Source: Zancudomyces culisetae HAW-14-8 (taxonomy: Eukaryota > Fungi > Kickxellomycota). From it: 64,000 bases of DNA. Within the stretch, counting starts at the first letter, position 1, and each line of letters opens with the position of its first letter. Location of the stretch: positions 1,922,001-1,986,000 of the forward strand of contig JBNJNM010000012.1 of assembly GCA_052426225.1 (NCBI GenBank), read 5' to 3'. The position numbers and the translations under genes were made by a program. Positions 31,401 to 44,247 of the stretch are shown here, in pieces. The notes under the pieces were generated by a model. The model saw only the letters and a program-made list of their open reading frames with translations, was not told the origin of the DNA and searched no databases.

Positions 31401-34400
31401 ATGTCAACTCACCACCAACCAATTGGTTTTTGACATAAAAATACTCCATATATGTCTTGATTAACTGAACAACATTTGGCCAATGTTTACTTATCAACAT
31501 TATTTCTTCAACTCTTTCATTATACTCGCTTTCTATACCCACTTGGTTCTCCTCAGTACCATTTTCTTTTGCCTTTCCAATCCCACTGCCTTTTTTATTT
31601 TGATTTTGATTTTGATTTTCTTCTTCATTTTCATCTTCATCTTCGCTTTCATTTTGATTTTCTTTTCCAATCATTCCTTCATGTGTCTTCATCCTTTTTT
31701 TATATTTACCATCAAGAAATGTACCAAAAATATGTTCAATATCTCGATCTATATATATTGCACTAAACGTATCTGCACCATACATCGATTTGGCCCGCTG
31801 ACACAAAAACCAATGGTCGTAATAAACATCTCTGGGCTGCAAGCTCTTTCTCTTTTCTCGCCGAGTTCGCATTCGCAACGCCCAGGATTTTGGATCTAAT
31901 GTTTCTTCACTTTTACAGTCTGTTGGCTCAACACTCCAACTCGGTCGTTTGATAGCTATCATTTCATCACTATAATTTATCCCCACTGGTTCGTACCTAT
32001 CAACAAGCACCTCTTTCTCTCCTTTTACTGCTACCATCTGTGATCCTACCTCAACACCTTCCAGTCCTTCCAATCCACCCAACCCCTCCAACCCTTCAAG
32101 TTCTCCAAATCCTTCCAATCCATCCAACCCTTCAAATTCATCCATAGTTAAGCTAAGATGTTCTGGCCTGCTTTCTGCATGCTCAAACTCATCAAGTTCA
32201 CCGCTTTTATTTTCAACCATTGTACTTTCGTTATCAATTACCATTGCCTCCTCGGCTTTTTCTGGAACTATTTTCTCATTTTTTTCCTTTTCCTTTTCCC
32301 TTACCTTTTCTTGTTCCTTTTCCAGTTCTTTTTCCACTACCCCTTCGTCTCCCTCTGTAAGTATTTGCTCGTTAGTGGTTATAGCTGTTGTTGTAAAGTA
32401 GTCGTCAAAAATCCCTTCATCAAACAAGTTCTCATCCATCATTACATCACAGTTATCCATCCTCATTTCATTTCCATTAGGCATCCCATGTCCTACTACT
32501 CCTCCCTTTTTAATAGCTGTCTTTTTGATTTCATTAGCCTTGTCAACACCCATTCCCATTCCCATTCCCATTCCCATTCCCATTCCCATATTCATCCCCA
32601 TTCCCATCCCCATACCCATGCCCATACTCATACCCATATCCATATCTCCATTATTTTCGTCAAATAGCATAAGTTCTTGTTCCAAAAACTGCAATCCGAA
32701 ATCTCCAAAGTCATCTTTAAATTTCATATCTTCATTAAACTCCAGATCCAAGTACCCATTATTTACACTGTTTTCCTCTGTTTTAAAGATTTCGGCGCTG
32801 TGGCTTTTGGTTTTTGCTATTTCATCTTTTGCCCCACCTTCACCACCCTTTTCACCCACCTTCATCCTCTTACGTCTCATCAACTCCTCGAGACTTATTT
32901 CCTCATCTTCTGATTCTGCTCCTTTTTTATTCGCTGCCGTTTTCTGTGTCTTTTGTTTTCGTTGGGGTTGGTTCTGATTCTGATTCTGATTCTGACTCTG
33001 ACTCTGACTCTGATTATACTGCTGCTGCTGTTGTTGTTGTTGTTGAGAATGGTTTGTGTGTTGCCCTTGTTGATGATTTCTCATATACTCTTTTACTTGT
33101 TCTTCTTCCTCTTCTTCTTCATAACCTTCTTCATACCCTTTTGCTTTTATCCTAATTTCGATATTTTTTCCAATATCCTCATTCTCCTCAACCACAAATT
33201 TTTCATCTTTCTCCTTTGCTTCTTCATTTATTTCCATCCGCACATCTTCTAACCCAAACTTATCAATCAACCCCGAATCTTTTAATCGCTTGGTATTCAT
33301 CTCTTTACATTTGCTTTTAGAAACACCCTCGCTCCCCATGTCCTGAAAATCTCTTTTAGGCGCTTTATAAGCATCTTTCTCATAATATATCATATCCTTG
33401 GGATAATATACCGGTATCGTCATACCCTCTATCATCACTAACACCAAAGATTCCACTCCTCCTGTCATTTTTACCCCAAACATTTTTTCAAACTGGCCAA
33501 GTACCCCAGCCCCGCTGCTACCTTTACTCTTGTATAGCTCTGTATCCTCTTTAATCACTTTTCCTGTGTTGCTATACGGTGCTAATTTCACCTCTTCATT
33601 CCCACCAGTGTCAGTAGTAGCTGAACCATACTTGGTATATTCCTTCTCTCTATCTGGTCTAATTACCATTGCTAATCCGTCTCTATTTATCACTAACTCT
33701 ATCTCTACCATAAACATTCTGCCTTGCCTCTTGTTTATTAAATATCTGTTGATCCCAACTCTCATCCCCCCTGATTCTATTATTTTCCTATTTTATTATC
33801 GTTTTACTCTTAGCATACATCTCTTATATTTACAATTTGATACCCATATTAGCTTCTCTTCTCTATATATACCAGGTAAATTTAACTACTCATTGGTTCT
33901 TACCTTTCTATTAGATTTAGCACTGCTATTCTAAATTTTAGCATCTCATTGCTAAAGGTACTAACTCTATTACTAAAATCTTGTCCATTTCCATCGGATA
34001 CTGGTATTAAAAGTGCTGCCCAATCCAGCTCGCCCGTTGAAACTACTTCTACCTCTCTATCAGCTGCACTTTTTTCCACCATTCCCTTGATTTGTTCTGC
34101 TATGAAATACACCCAAAGCTCCTCCCTTTCTTCGCCTTGATCATCGTCGCTTTCATCACCCCGTTCTTTTAGTGTTGCTCGTCTTTTAATTTCCTCGATT
34201 TGTTTCGAATAGTTTTCTTTCCAATCTTCTGCATCATTATACTGCATATATAGGCTTGCTACTCCACGGCTCAGTAGGAATCGGTGGTAGTCTATTAAGT
34301 TTTCGTTCGTAATCAGATCAAAGCTCCCTTTGCTCTTTTTTCCTTTGATTTGCATCCATTGTATCTTTTGTTCTCTCCGTACCTATTGAATTAATATGTA

Positions 34401-34577
34401 ATTAGTCAAACATAAATCCAGCCCATCATTTATACCTTTTCTATTTTTTTTTTAAAAAAAATACCCCTCCACAGAATTAAGTGGTATCCATAATTCTTAA
34501 TTCATGATACTCTTGTAATCGCAATAATTTTATATTTAACTCACAATTTGAACACTGTTGGTTTGCATTTGCTTCAT
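27538..34577 (-). CDS. MED13: Mediator kinase-module subunit Med13 (Ssn2/Srb9)-like; exons approx. 34577-34545, 34382-33904, 33787-27538
   Basis: N-terminal TN...IQW, ELWVYF and LIERKIIESGGMRVG; internal FWNELKFAPLGGRKDIRY; C-terminal LPFP. The start codon is uncertain. Confidence 0.7.
28953..29038. repeat. (GAGTTA)n hexamer microsatellite encoding (NS)n in MED13
   Basis: About 11 perfect copies inside the ORF. Confidence 0.9.
32549..32645. repeat. (CCCATT/CCCATA)n hexamer repeat encoding (MG)n in MED13
   Basis: Visible in both DNA and translation. Confidence 0.85.
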
Positions 34578-37577
34578 TTCCTCGTATAGTCCCAGTGTAG
34601 TTTCCACATTTAAATATTCGTTTATCTGATAAAGACTTTATTTTCGTCGTTTTAGGTTTAATTATTCTTCATTCCAATTGAAATTAGTATTGAGCCTTGA
34701 TTAATATATAAATACACTATCAATATATTTATACCTATATATTTTATTTATTTATTTTTGTTTTCCCGAACTATTCGCCAAAGATACTCTTTTCCTGATA
34801 AAATTAATGTTCAATCCAAAAACATCCAATGGCCTGTTTTATAACTATCGACTTTATCTTCTACCGTCTATAAGCTGGTTACTTGTTTGTTTTGTTTGTA
34901 GCTCCTGGTACCCTAGTGATATCTCGATTCATCTGTCTGTTATGTTTCTATTATTGTCTTGTTTCACTTCAACTACTATTTCTTGTGTTATTTTCAATAA
35001 TTAATTCTAGTGTTTGATATTATTTTTTTTACTAAAAAAAAGTTCAATTTTTTTTTGGTGTTTTTCATTGTTTATGTTACCAATTTTGAGTTTCTGGATG
35101 AATCATTATTTTTTTACGCGAAATTTCATATTTAGTTCAACAAACTTATTCGATAAATCCTCCTTGCTCCCCCCCTCCCCCTCCTTTTCATTATTTTTAT
35201 TATTTATGTGCATTTTTATAGCAATTAGCAGTAACTAAATAAAAACTTTTCCCGTTAGCTTTGGATATACACCATTATACGGGAATAACAATCAATATCT
35301 ATATTTTGTAATCTACTTGATATCTATACTCTTTCTTTTCATTGCTTTACATTTGGTTATTCCTTGTATTTTTCCTATAAATATATCCACTTCCATAACT
35401 CCCAAATCCATTTTTATAACTCCCCTCCCCCCTTTCCTTTCATTTTTTTTTTATGGATTCTGTAAGCTTTTTATTTTTCCAGCTCCTAGGCCTTTTGTGA
35501 AAAAAATATTACCTATTGGTTACCAGTGTGGCATTGATTTGTTTTGTTTTTATGTGTTCACAAATTCATTTACATTGAGATTTTGATGCTCTATTAAAAT
35601 ATAAAATAAAATAAAATAAAATAAAATAAATAAAAAACGCAAAAATACAGCAAATTGCGCATAGCCAAAAGGTATACAACACGCTGCGACTACAACTGCC
35701 AGATGCATTCAATTATATTGCCAAAAAATGAAAATATTTTGTTATTCACAATATTTCTAGATGTAGTACATCTTTCTAACACAGCTACTTTTGAATACTC
35801 TAATGCCCGACTGATATTTTGTGCCCGATTTAAACAAAAACATAATTTTAAAAAAAATGATCATCTTTAAAAACATATGATCAAACTATCAGTTTGTAGC
35901 CAAACTGTTCATTCCCAGAGTACAAGTAAAGTGGTAGAGTCAACAATCTAGTATGTGGGACAAAAAAATTCATGGTTCATTATGTATATACATATAATTG
36001 ATGAGCATGTTTGTGATGCTCTAGCTTAATATTCGTCACAACAACCCACCAGAAAAGCCCAAGAATAAAAGCCAACATATCTACAGTACCCTCTTATACA
36101 ACCTGGATGTTTCAATACCAGTAAACATGCATTTGTACAGGAATTTTAAAACATATTATCCCGAATTTTGAAAAGGGAAAATATATCAATTAGATACTCT
36201 ACAATTATCCTATTCCTTCTCTATAGAAAGGAGCTAATATTTTCATGTCCTTTATCCGCCTTTGAATAGTTTTTATAGCAATATCTGATATATGCAAAGT
36301 AAATTTGAATATCCCGAAACCACACCATTCTAAAAGTACTAAGAGGAGGGGATGCGTTGATGATGGTGGTTGATGAGGAATTGAAACAAAATACTATTGA
36401 CTTTGTGAATTGAAATTCGTATGACGTCTCCATATCTTCCCACATCAATACTCACCCTCACCCTCACCCTCACCCATAAACTCACTTCCACCCATCCCTA
36501 TCCGCATCCGCATCCTCTTCCCTTCCGGTTTGTCCACTTTACCTCATTTTTAAGGTTGATTATGCCACGGATATTGCAGTTTTCTTGTTGGTTAGAATAA
36601 TTTATGCATAAATTTCTAAATTCCCAAAATAAACTATCTATTACATATACTTAAAAACGCCACACTGTGATGTGATGGAGAACGAAGGAGAGGGTTGTGC
36701 CTCACCAAGCAATTTGGTAGCCCATACATTAAATATTAAGAAATTTCGATCGGATTGAACTGCTTGGATCTATACACGCACGGTTCATTCATAAGACGCT
36801 TCCAAATGACACCATTGACTTCAAATATTTCCGTACTGAAAGAAATAAATGAGGATGAAAGGGAAAGTAGAAGTAAAAAAAAAAACAAGGCGTGCATGAA
36901 CAAGCGAAAACATTCTTAAGTTTCATAGGGCTAAACAATTCTGTCTTTTACTTTTTCCACCTTGAACCAATCTTGCTTGACACCAACTAACGTGTATTAA
37001 TTACCAAGACATTAGCGCCCCCTTCCCACAGCAGTTCATTAATAAGTCTACAGATAGGTGGAAGTATACCTAATAGCAAATAAAAAAAAATAATCGGAGA
37101 GAGGAGTTTAGTTTGATGTTAGGGTTTTTGGGGTGAGTGTGTGTGAGGAGTGGGGAGTTATGAATATGTAAACACACTTAAAACCCAGTAAAACAGGGAC
37201 AAATTTTTTATTTATTCTCTGCGCCGTTTTCCCGCACGAATCCTGGAATGTATTCGCTGAATAGTAAATTGTGGTTTTTAAAACCCGGAGGTTGTCAGAG
37301 AGGCCTGAAAATCACAAGGCTAGCTTCCTCTACGTGTTTTTGAAACACACTATTAAATAATAACCAACTTGAGCTCAAAAAACGGCAAGATACTAAATGT
37401 CGATAGATTCTGCCTCATCATTTTTTTCTTTTACTTGCTACCACGAAAGCTATACAAGAGAATAGGATTGACAAGGTACAGACGAACTAAAAGTGTTAAT
37501 AGCAATAATAAAACTACTCCAAACAATCGGCATTTTCCAGAAAAGTCATAAAGATCAATGGAATAGGTTAGTCAAAA

Positions 37578-40532
37578 ATGTCAAAGTTTTTGGGAAAAGC
37601 AGGGAAGAAGATCATAAAATTCGAAGAGCAACTGGACAATGAGTTGCCCATAGATATAGAAGATGAGGACAAAAGTATGGACGAATACTTCAAGGATACC
37701 GAACTAGAACGCAGAAGGACAGAGTATTCTTGGCTGTTGGATATAGAAGAGGGTATGAACAAAACTAAACGGAAGGAAAAGTCCAGAACAGGGTATGGAA
37801 GCATTAGCAGGCGGATGCAGATTGAAACAAGCAGATCTGGTAGTAAATATCATTGCGGCACGGTTGAAAATAGCGAAGCAGAGGGAGAAGGGGAGGTAAG
37901 CGAGAGTGCAGGTAGAAGCAGAGGTGGAAGCAGGAGCCGGGGTGGGAGTGGACGAGATGATATCATGGTAGAAGATAGTCAGGCAAGGACAAAAAAGCTG
38001 GGAACATTCGATGGTGTATTCTTGCCAACAACACTGAGTTTAATCGGAATCATGATTTATGTAAGACTTGGATATATAATAAGCCAGGTGGGTGTGGTGG
38101 GAACAATCGTTTACTTTATAATAGGATATACTATTGCAGTTTTAACAACACTGTCCATATCTGCAATTTCAACCAATGGTACGGTAAAAGAAGGAGGGCC
38201 ATATTACATGCTGTCAAGAACGTTAGGACCAGAGTTTGGTGTTAGTATAGGAATAGCGTTTTATATTGGCAACACGCTTTCAGCAGTTCTAAATGTAATG
38301 GGTGTTATCGAGCCGTTAATAAACAGCTTTGGAGGAAAAAATGGTAGTTTGGCTAGACTGTTTCCAGAAGGAAGTAAATATGTAGAGATATATAAAGCGG
38401 TGATACTGGGTGGGTGTAGTACGGTATGTGCAATTGGGCCAACAATGATAAGTAGATTCAACGGAGCTATGGCTATGTCAGTTCTGGTATCGCTATCAAG
38501 TATAATAATATCGTTTATGACCGTTAAGCCGTTTGAAAAACCTGCTAACGATGTGTTTTATACGGGAGTGAGCCTAAACACACTTCATGAAAACATGTTT
38601 CCGCGAATTACATCAGGGTATGGTGCCTCGTTTGGTATACTGTTTCCAATCTGCATAGGAATAATGGCCGGTGCATCAATGTCCGGAATGCTCAGAACTC
38701 CGAGCAAATCAATACCCAAGGGAACATTACTGGCAATACTGTCTACACTCACTATCTACATAATGTTAGTAATTGGGCTTGGGTTGACTACAAAACGCAG
38801 CACGCTTGCTAATAACTATAATGTCTTTGAAGAGATAAACGGATTAAAAGCATTAGTTCCTTTAGGCTCGATAACCACATCGATAACGAGCACTCTAGGG
38901 GGAATGATATCAGCGTCAAGTCTGCTCGAAGCCATTTCACGCGATCAGATATTCCCGATATTGAATATATTCACACGTAGTAATACAAGCCAGGCAGCTA
39001 AAAGAAGTGTGGATAGATCATTTATGAAGTCTGTGTTGGGAACCTGGATTGTTTCACAAATAGCAATGTCGGTTCTTGGTGCAGGTGGTGATGTCAACCA
39101 GATGGCAACTTATGTAACCATGTTTAGCTTGGTAATGTTTGCAGGAATAAACGTAGCGTGTTTATTCCTGAAAGTGGTCGGTGCAACAAATTTCCGACCA
39201 ACTTTTAGATACTTCAATGCATATACCGCGTTCTCGGGAACCATGGGATGTCTTGTCGCGATGGGGTTCGTCGACATCATAACAGCATTCGTATCTATAC
39301 TATTTACCATATCACTGGTTATTTTTGTTCATTATCGGATTGTCAATATTGGTGGCAGCAGCTATTTTTCAAAGAGGTGGGGCGATATCACTCAGGGACT
39401 CATATATCACCAAGTTCGCAAATATCTACTACAGCTTGATCGGATGGATATGCATGTAAAATACTGGAGGCCTCAAATACTGCTGATGGTCAAAGATCCT
39501 AGAAAATCGGCGAATCTGTTGAAGTTTTGTAATATAGTAAAAAAGGGTGGACTCTTCATAATTGGACATGTAATCGTGGGGAATTTTGAAGAAAAAGTTG
39601 ATCAACTCAAGATCCAGCTAGTTGGTTGGAATAAGCTGGTGGATAGGCTAAAGCTAAAGGCATTTGTTAATCTAACCATTGCAGAAGGCCTGGAAATGGG
39701 AGTACGGCAGCTAGCTATGAGCGTTGGACTTGGAGGAATGCAGCCAAACATCATACTAATGGGTCTAAGCCCCAACGCCGGTACTCCTATAAAAACCATA
39801 AGTCAAATATCAATGCTAAATAAGGCTGTGGGTCTTATATATAACTATGAGCATTTAGATGCTTTGTTTGCTCATGGCAGCAGCATAAGCAAAAAGCGGA
39901 TTCATAATATAGATCTATGGCCAATAGTCCACGTGGTTGATAACAAATCTATGTTTGACTCATACACTCTAGTGTTGCAACTGGGAAATATCCTAGTCAA
40001 CAAGCTGAATGCGAGAAGTCATAGTTTGGATTGCTACAGACTCCGAGTTTTCTGCTTTATATCAGACGTCTCTTCTACAGAAATTGAGGGCGAAAAAAAG
40101 ATTCTTGTTGACTTTTTAAATAGGTTGCGCATTAATGTTGATGAACTGAGTGTTATAGGTATTCCTTCCGACAGCACTCTGTATAGCCATCTTTTTTCAT
40201 CCGATCTAGGACCTTTGAACCCCAATAACAATAGGGGCAGTATTTCAGGATCATTTTCCCTTTCACCAACCACGGGCGAAAACATGTTTGACAACCTTGA
40301 TGCCAGACACCAGCTGATGATTGTGAATGAACTAATCACTAAAAATATGGACTCCAATACATCGATTATTGTTACATGTTTGCCGCTGCCGCCCATGTAC
40401 AACAATGCACAGAACGCTAAACAGTTGGACAGTGAATACCTTGAAAACATTAACTTATTAACCAAAGGCCTTAATAACACACCCATCATGTTACTACACT
40501 CAAACAACTTGTCTGTAACCACCTCTTTGTAG
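37578..40532 (+). CDS. Cation-chloride cotransporter (SLC12 family, Vhc1/SLC12A9-like)
   Basis: KLGTFDGVFLPT, SAISTNG...GGPYYMLSRTLGPEFG, NFRPTFRYF, HVKYWRPQILL. Confidence 0.93.
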   Translation: MSKFLGKAGKKIIKFEEQLDNELPIDIEDEDKSMDEYFKDTELERRRTEYSWLLDIEEGMNKTKRKEKSRTGYGSISRRMQIETSRSGSKYHCGTVENSEAEGEGEVSESAGRSRGGSRSRGGSGRDDIMVEDSQARTKKLGTFDGVFLPTTLSLIGIMIYVRLGYIISQVGVVGTIVYFIIGYTIAVLTTLSISAISTNGTVKEGGPYYMLSRTLGPEFGVSIGIAFYIGNTLSAVLNVMGVIEPLINSFGGKNGSLARLFPEGSKYVEIYKAVILGGCSTVCAIGPTMISRFNGAMAMSVLVSLSSIIISFMTVKPFEKPANDVFYTGVSLNTLHENMFPRITSGYGASFGILFPICIGIMAGASMSGMLRTPSKSIPKGTLLAILSTLTIYIMLVIGLGLTTKRSTLANNYNVFEEINGLKALVPLGSITTSITSTLGGMISASSLLEAISRDQIFPILNIFTRSNTSQAAKRSVDRSFMKSVLGTWIVSQIAMSVLGAGGDVNQMATYVTMFSLVMFAGINVACLFLKVVGATNFRPTFRYFNAYTAFSGTMGCLVAMGFVDIITAFVSILFTISLVIFVHYRIVNIGGSSYFSKRWGDITQGLIYHQVRKYLLQLDRMDMHVKYWRPQILLMVKDPRKSANLLKFCNIVKKGGLFIIGHVIVGNFEEKVDQLKIQLVGWNKLVDRLKLKAFVNLTIAEGLEMGVRQLAMSVGLGGMQPNIILMGLSPNAGTPIKTISQISMLNKAVGLIYNYEHLDALFAHGSSISKKRIHNIDLWPIVHVVDNKSMFDSYTLVLQLGNILVNKLNARSHSLDCYRLRVFCFISDVSSTEIEGEKKILVDFLNRLRINVDELSVIGIPSDSTLYSHLFSSDLGPLNPNNNRGSISGSFSLSPTTGENMFDNLDARHQLMIVNELITKNMDSNTSIIVTCLPLPPMYNNAQNAKQLDSEYLENINLLTKGLNNTPIMLLHSNNLSVTTSL

Positions 40533-42003
40533 TATGGTAGCATACACATCTGCAGTATCATTTACTTTTTAGTCTCTTTGTCAGTGATCAATCATTATTT
40601 GTCATTTTTTGTTTATCCGATTTTAATAAATGTAGACGATAGAATAGTTACTTGAAAGAGTACTGTGATTTTTCCCTCCAGCTTTTGCAAATAAAAATTG
40701 CAAGTTAGCCTGGAATATTGAGTATTAACTGTGCAAAATATGGGGGAGAGGGATGGAGGATGAGGATAATAGAGAGTCGAGGTTATTCAGTGAATAAGGT
40801 ATGTCGTAACCCCCCCCCCCCACCCCCATTTCTCACCCTTCCCTCCCTCAGGGGAAGTTCGAATGTTAGTAATATTACAATAAACAGAATATACACGCGT
40901 AAAAAATAATGGATTTACGAGCTGAGTGCACTCTTGCTATTTTTCTAGTGCAGAGCCACCCAGCTATCCCTCCGTATTTAGTGGGTGAGAATGTATACCC
41001 AACTTTGCTTTTTTAGTGGTTGAAAATATATACCCAAAGCATAGATTTTGAGCCCATTTCTTCTAGAATAGTGGTTAATGGGTTTTTAATAAACGATGTC
41101 AAGTGGGTTTTGCTTCAAGTAGGCTAGGCTACAAGGAACAAATGAGAGTGCCCAGTAATTTGACTCCGAAAATAATGTGAAACCAGCTAATGGTGTGGGT
41201 GCTAATCTTTTCTGGGGAGGAGGGATATATCTAGCTATTATTTAATTAAAAGTGATATACGTAGTAAAACGCGCACCCATCAGCATCGCCTTTTTTCTTT
41301 TTTTTGTACTAACTTTCAGGAGCCATAAGAGGTTTTAAACCAGTAATAAACTTTGAACTACCACCATAGTTGCATTTTTTTTTATAATATAGTTTTGCAA
41401 CTCGTACCAATGGTATCCACAAGACAAAAAATAGCAAGAGATAGTTTGCTAATGGCAAGACTTCTAGAAACAGCGATAGAAGCAAACATTTACTTTTCTT
41501 TTTCAGTTGGAAGAGCTTGTATAGATAGAAATACTTGTTTATTAAACTATAATTGTAAAGCTATCCAAGTCTATATGATTAAATTACACTTATAGCGTAT
41601 ACTCGCTCCTATGTATACTTAGGCGATTATTATATATTGATTTGCATTAAAAGATTTGACATAGGCTTCAAAAAGAAAACCCTATTATAGGTAATAGATA
41701 TAGAGAGTATAGAGAGTATAGATACAAAGATTAACGATAGACCTTCAACTTTTCGAATAAACACTTGACTCCCTTTGCAAAAAACAAAAAAAAAGCTAAC
41801 AGGCCATATCGCACATAATACACAAGCTAAGAGCAATATAAGTATCTGAAGTCATCACCAACAGCTTATTATTCAGGTAGATATCTGAATTTAACGCAAC
41901 ATATGAATAATACCAGGAAAACATTCAAGAACAGCACTAATATTAGCTATAACAGGATAGAAGATAGACACAAGTGTATTCGTAGCAAGTTTGAGCTATC
42001 AAA

Positions 42004-44247
42004 ATGATCGGAATTGATGTGGAAGACGAGTCGTTAAACCAGAGACCAAGCGAAGATGTACTGCTTGATTCTTCAGAAAAAGCAAAATACTATCGAACAA
42101 GGCTGATGTTACTTTTGAAAGGATATATAAACGAAAACAAAAAGGAAGGCCTACGTAGCTATGCTGAGCACTTAACAGTAAAGAATGCAACAAAGAAAAG
42201 AGTAATCCCAAACACCACAGATCTATGCTACGATTTAGCTAGCAGCAGTAGCGATGTCGAACTCCTTGGGAAAGGCAGCATGGGCGGCAAGAAAAAAAAG
42301 TACAATCTTTTTAGAGGTAAAAAGAAATGTGCTAGTGAAAGATTGAAGACGTATGGGACTTTTAACAATAACAGTAACAACGATAATGATGATAACATCA
42401 ATATCAATGTCAATGCCGACACGAATAGCAGCCTTTCACCTAAAGCATCTTCCATTCAGGACAAAAGACTAATGATGATTCGGAGCAATGATCTCTCAAC
42501 TTCAAAAGGCAACATAAAAGGTTCGTTTGACGTGCTCAGCGACGATGAGTATCTAAAAAGCCAAACATTAAGTACCAAGGAACTGATGTATGTACTAGAG
42601 AAGAATAATAAAAGAATTAAGGGAGTAGCCACAATAGAAACAGAAAGCATGTTTCCTGAGCTACAGCTAGAGCTACACGACTTGGAACAAGGCGTAGTTG
42701 TCAAGGAGATGGGTGAGTTTCGGACAAATATCTTACCTGAAGTCAAACGTATAGTTTCAAACAGCATACCGTTGATATTTGCTAGCATCTGCCAGTTTGT
42801 AATGGTGTTTGTGGAAACCTCAACTATCGGAAATCTGGGTAAAAAAGAGCTTGGTGGTTATGGGCTAGGGCATATATTTTTGGTCTTCTTGGGCCTCCCC
42901 GCATTGGTTGGGTTATCTGGCGCGCTTGAAACGCTTTGCAGCCAATCGACCACTGGTAAAGAAAATGTAAAGTTGAATGAACACTACCAGCACATAATAA
43001 ATGAGGATGTGGAAGAAGTTGCAGATGTGATTGCTATAAACATAGTTAGAAACCAGACCGTTGTTTCTCCCGAAATATATCTGTATAGGGCTATAGTGAT
43101 TTTTACATTACTTGCAACCGCTCTTTGCACGTTTTGGGTGACTTTTTCCAAGGTGCTCACAGAGATGTTTGTAAAAGATCCGGAAATTCTTCACTTTGCA
43201 CAGCTCTATCTGAAGTCCTATATCCCAACCTTTTTTTTACAGGGGATAAATTCATTATTAAGACAATATATGTATGCAAAGGCAGAGGTAAAACAGATAC
43301 CATTTATAAATTTTTTTGGAACGATAATAACAGTCGGGGCTGCATACTATTATGTCTGGTCAAAGTCGGGCCTAAATCTTGGCTTTGTGGGGGTTCCATT
43401 GGCTATGGCATCAGGTAATCTTGCAATGGTGTTTGCACTTTCCTATATTGTCTACCGTTTAATACTTAAAGATAAAAAAAGGGAGTATTTCAGTGGGACT
43501 GGTCATCAAATGGAAAACTGTGCTACAGAAAACTGTGAGATGTGCAGAATTATCCCACCAATTCCTGTGCTCTTTCAAGGATGGGGGCAGATATTCAAGC
43601 TGACTATTCCAGGAATGATTGTTATGCTTGCTACAGCCGGAACCAATGAGCTTATTTCGGTTAGCGCAACGTACATTGGCCACTCTGCACTGAGCGCGCA
43701 ATCGGTTCTAAACTCTGTTTCGCGGTTGATACTGACGCTCTTTTCGTGTTTTGCTGTTGTTTCAACAAATAGAATGGGAAATGCACTGGGCTTGTTCCTA
43801 CCCTCTTTGGCAAAATCCATCTTCGTTGCATCATCTATAGTTTACTTTTTTATCTCGGTTGTGGTGGTTATATTCGTAATGCTTGATCCGTTTTGGTGGG
43901 CCTCGAAATTTACCAAGGATTCGGAGTTGCTGAATATAATAATTTCCATAGGCCCATACCTGGGGCTAACAATGCTGTTTGAAATATTTGTTATTCTTTA
44001 TACAGGTTTGCTAAGAGGACAGGGAAGACAGACATTGGCGGCAAAAATTAAGTTCATATCATTTTATTTCGTTGCTATCCCTGTTGGAGGAGGCTTGGCA
44101 TTTTACTACGACAAGGGTTTGAAGGGGCTATGGATTGGACTTATCTTGGGCCATCTGCTTACCGGTGTAAGCGAGCTTTACTTTTTACTCAAAACTGATT
44201 GGAATAAACAAGTGGATGATTGCAAAAAAAGAATTTCGAAACACTAG
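42004..44247 (+). CDS. MATE family transporter with long hydrophilic N-terminus
   Basis: GALETLCSQ, RMGNALG, GLLRGQGRQ, GLKGLWIG, TDWNKQV. Confidence 0.9.
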   Translation: MIGIDVEDESLNQRPSEDVLLDSSEKAKYYRTRLMLLLKGYINENKKEGLRSYAEHLTVKNATKKRVIPNTTDLCYDLASSSSDVELLGKGSMGGKKKKYNLFRGKKKCASERLKTYGTFNNNSNNDNDDNININVNADTNSSLSPKASSIQDKRLMMIRSNDLSTSKGNIKGSFDVLSDDEYLKSQTLSTKELMYVLEKNNKRIKGVATIETESMFPELQLELHDLEQGVVVKEMGEFRTNILPEVKRIVSNSIPLIFASICQFVMVFVETSTIGNLGKKELGGYGLGHIFLVFLGLPALVGLSGALETLCSQSTTGKENVKLNEHYQHIINEDVEEVADVIAINIVRNQTVVSPEIYLYRAIVIFTLLATALCTFWVTFSKVLTEMFVKDPEILHFAQLYLKSYIPTFFLQGINSLLRQYMYAKAEVKQIPFINFFGTIITVGAAYYYVWSKSGLNLGFVGVPLAMASGNLAMVFALSYIVYRLILKDKKREYFSGTGHQMENCATENCEMCRIIPPIPVLFQGWGQIFKLTIPGMIVMLATAGTNELISVSATYIGHSALSAQSVLNSVSRLILTLFSCFAVVSTNRMGNALGLFLPSLAKSIFVASSIVYFFISVVVVIFVMLDPFWWASKFTKDSELLNIIISIGPYLGLTMLFEIFVILYTGLLRGQGRQTLAAKIKFISFYFVAIPVGGGLAFYYDKGLKGLWIGLILGHLLTGVSELYFLLKTDWNKQVDDCKKRISKH

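Noticed and set aside
27555-33934. Numerous short ORFs overlapping MED13, and similar ones over SAH1, BNA4, NIP1 and the transporters
   Set aside because: Antisense or alternate-frame shadows of real genes and repeats.
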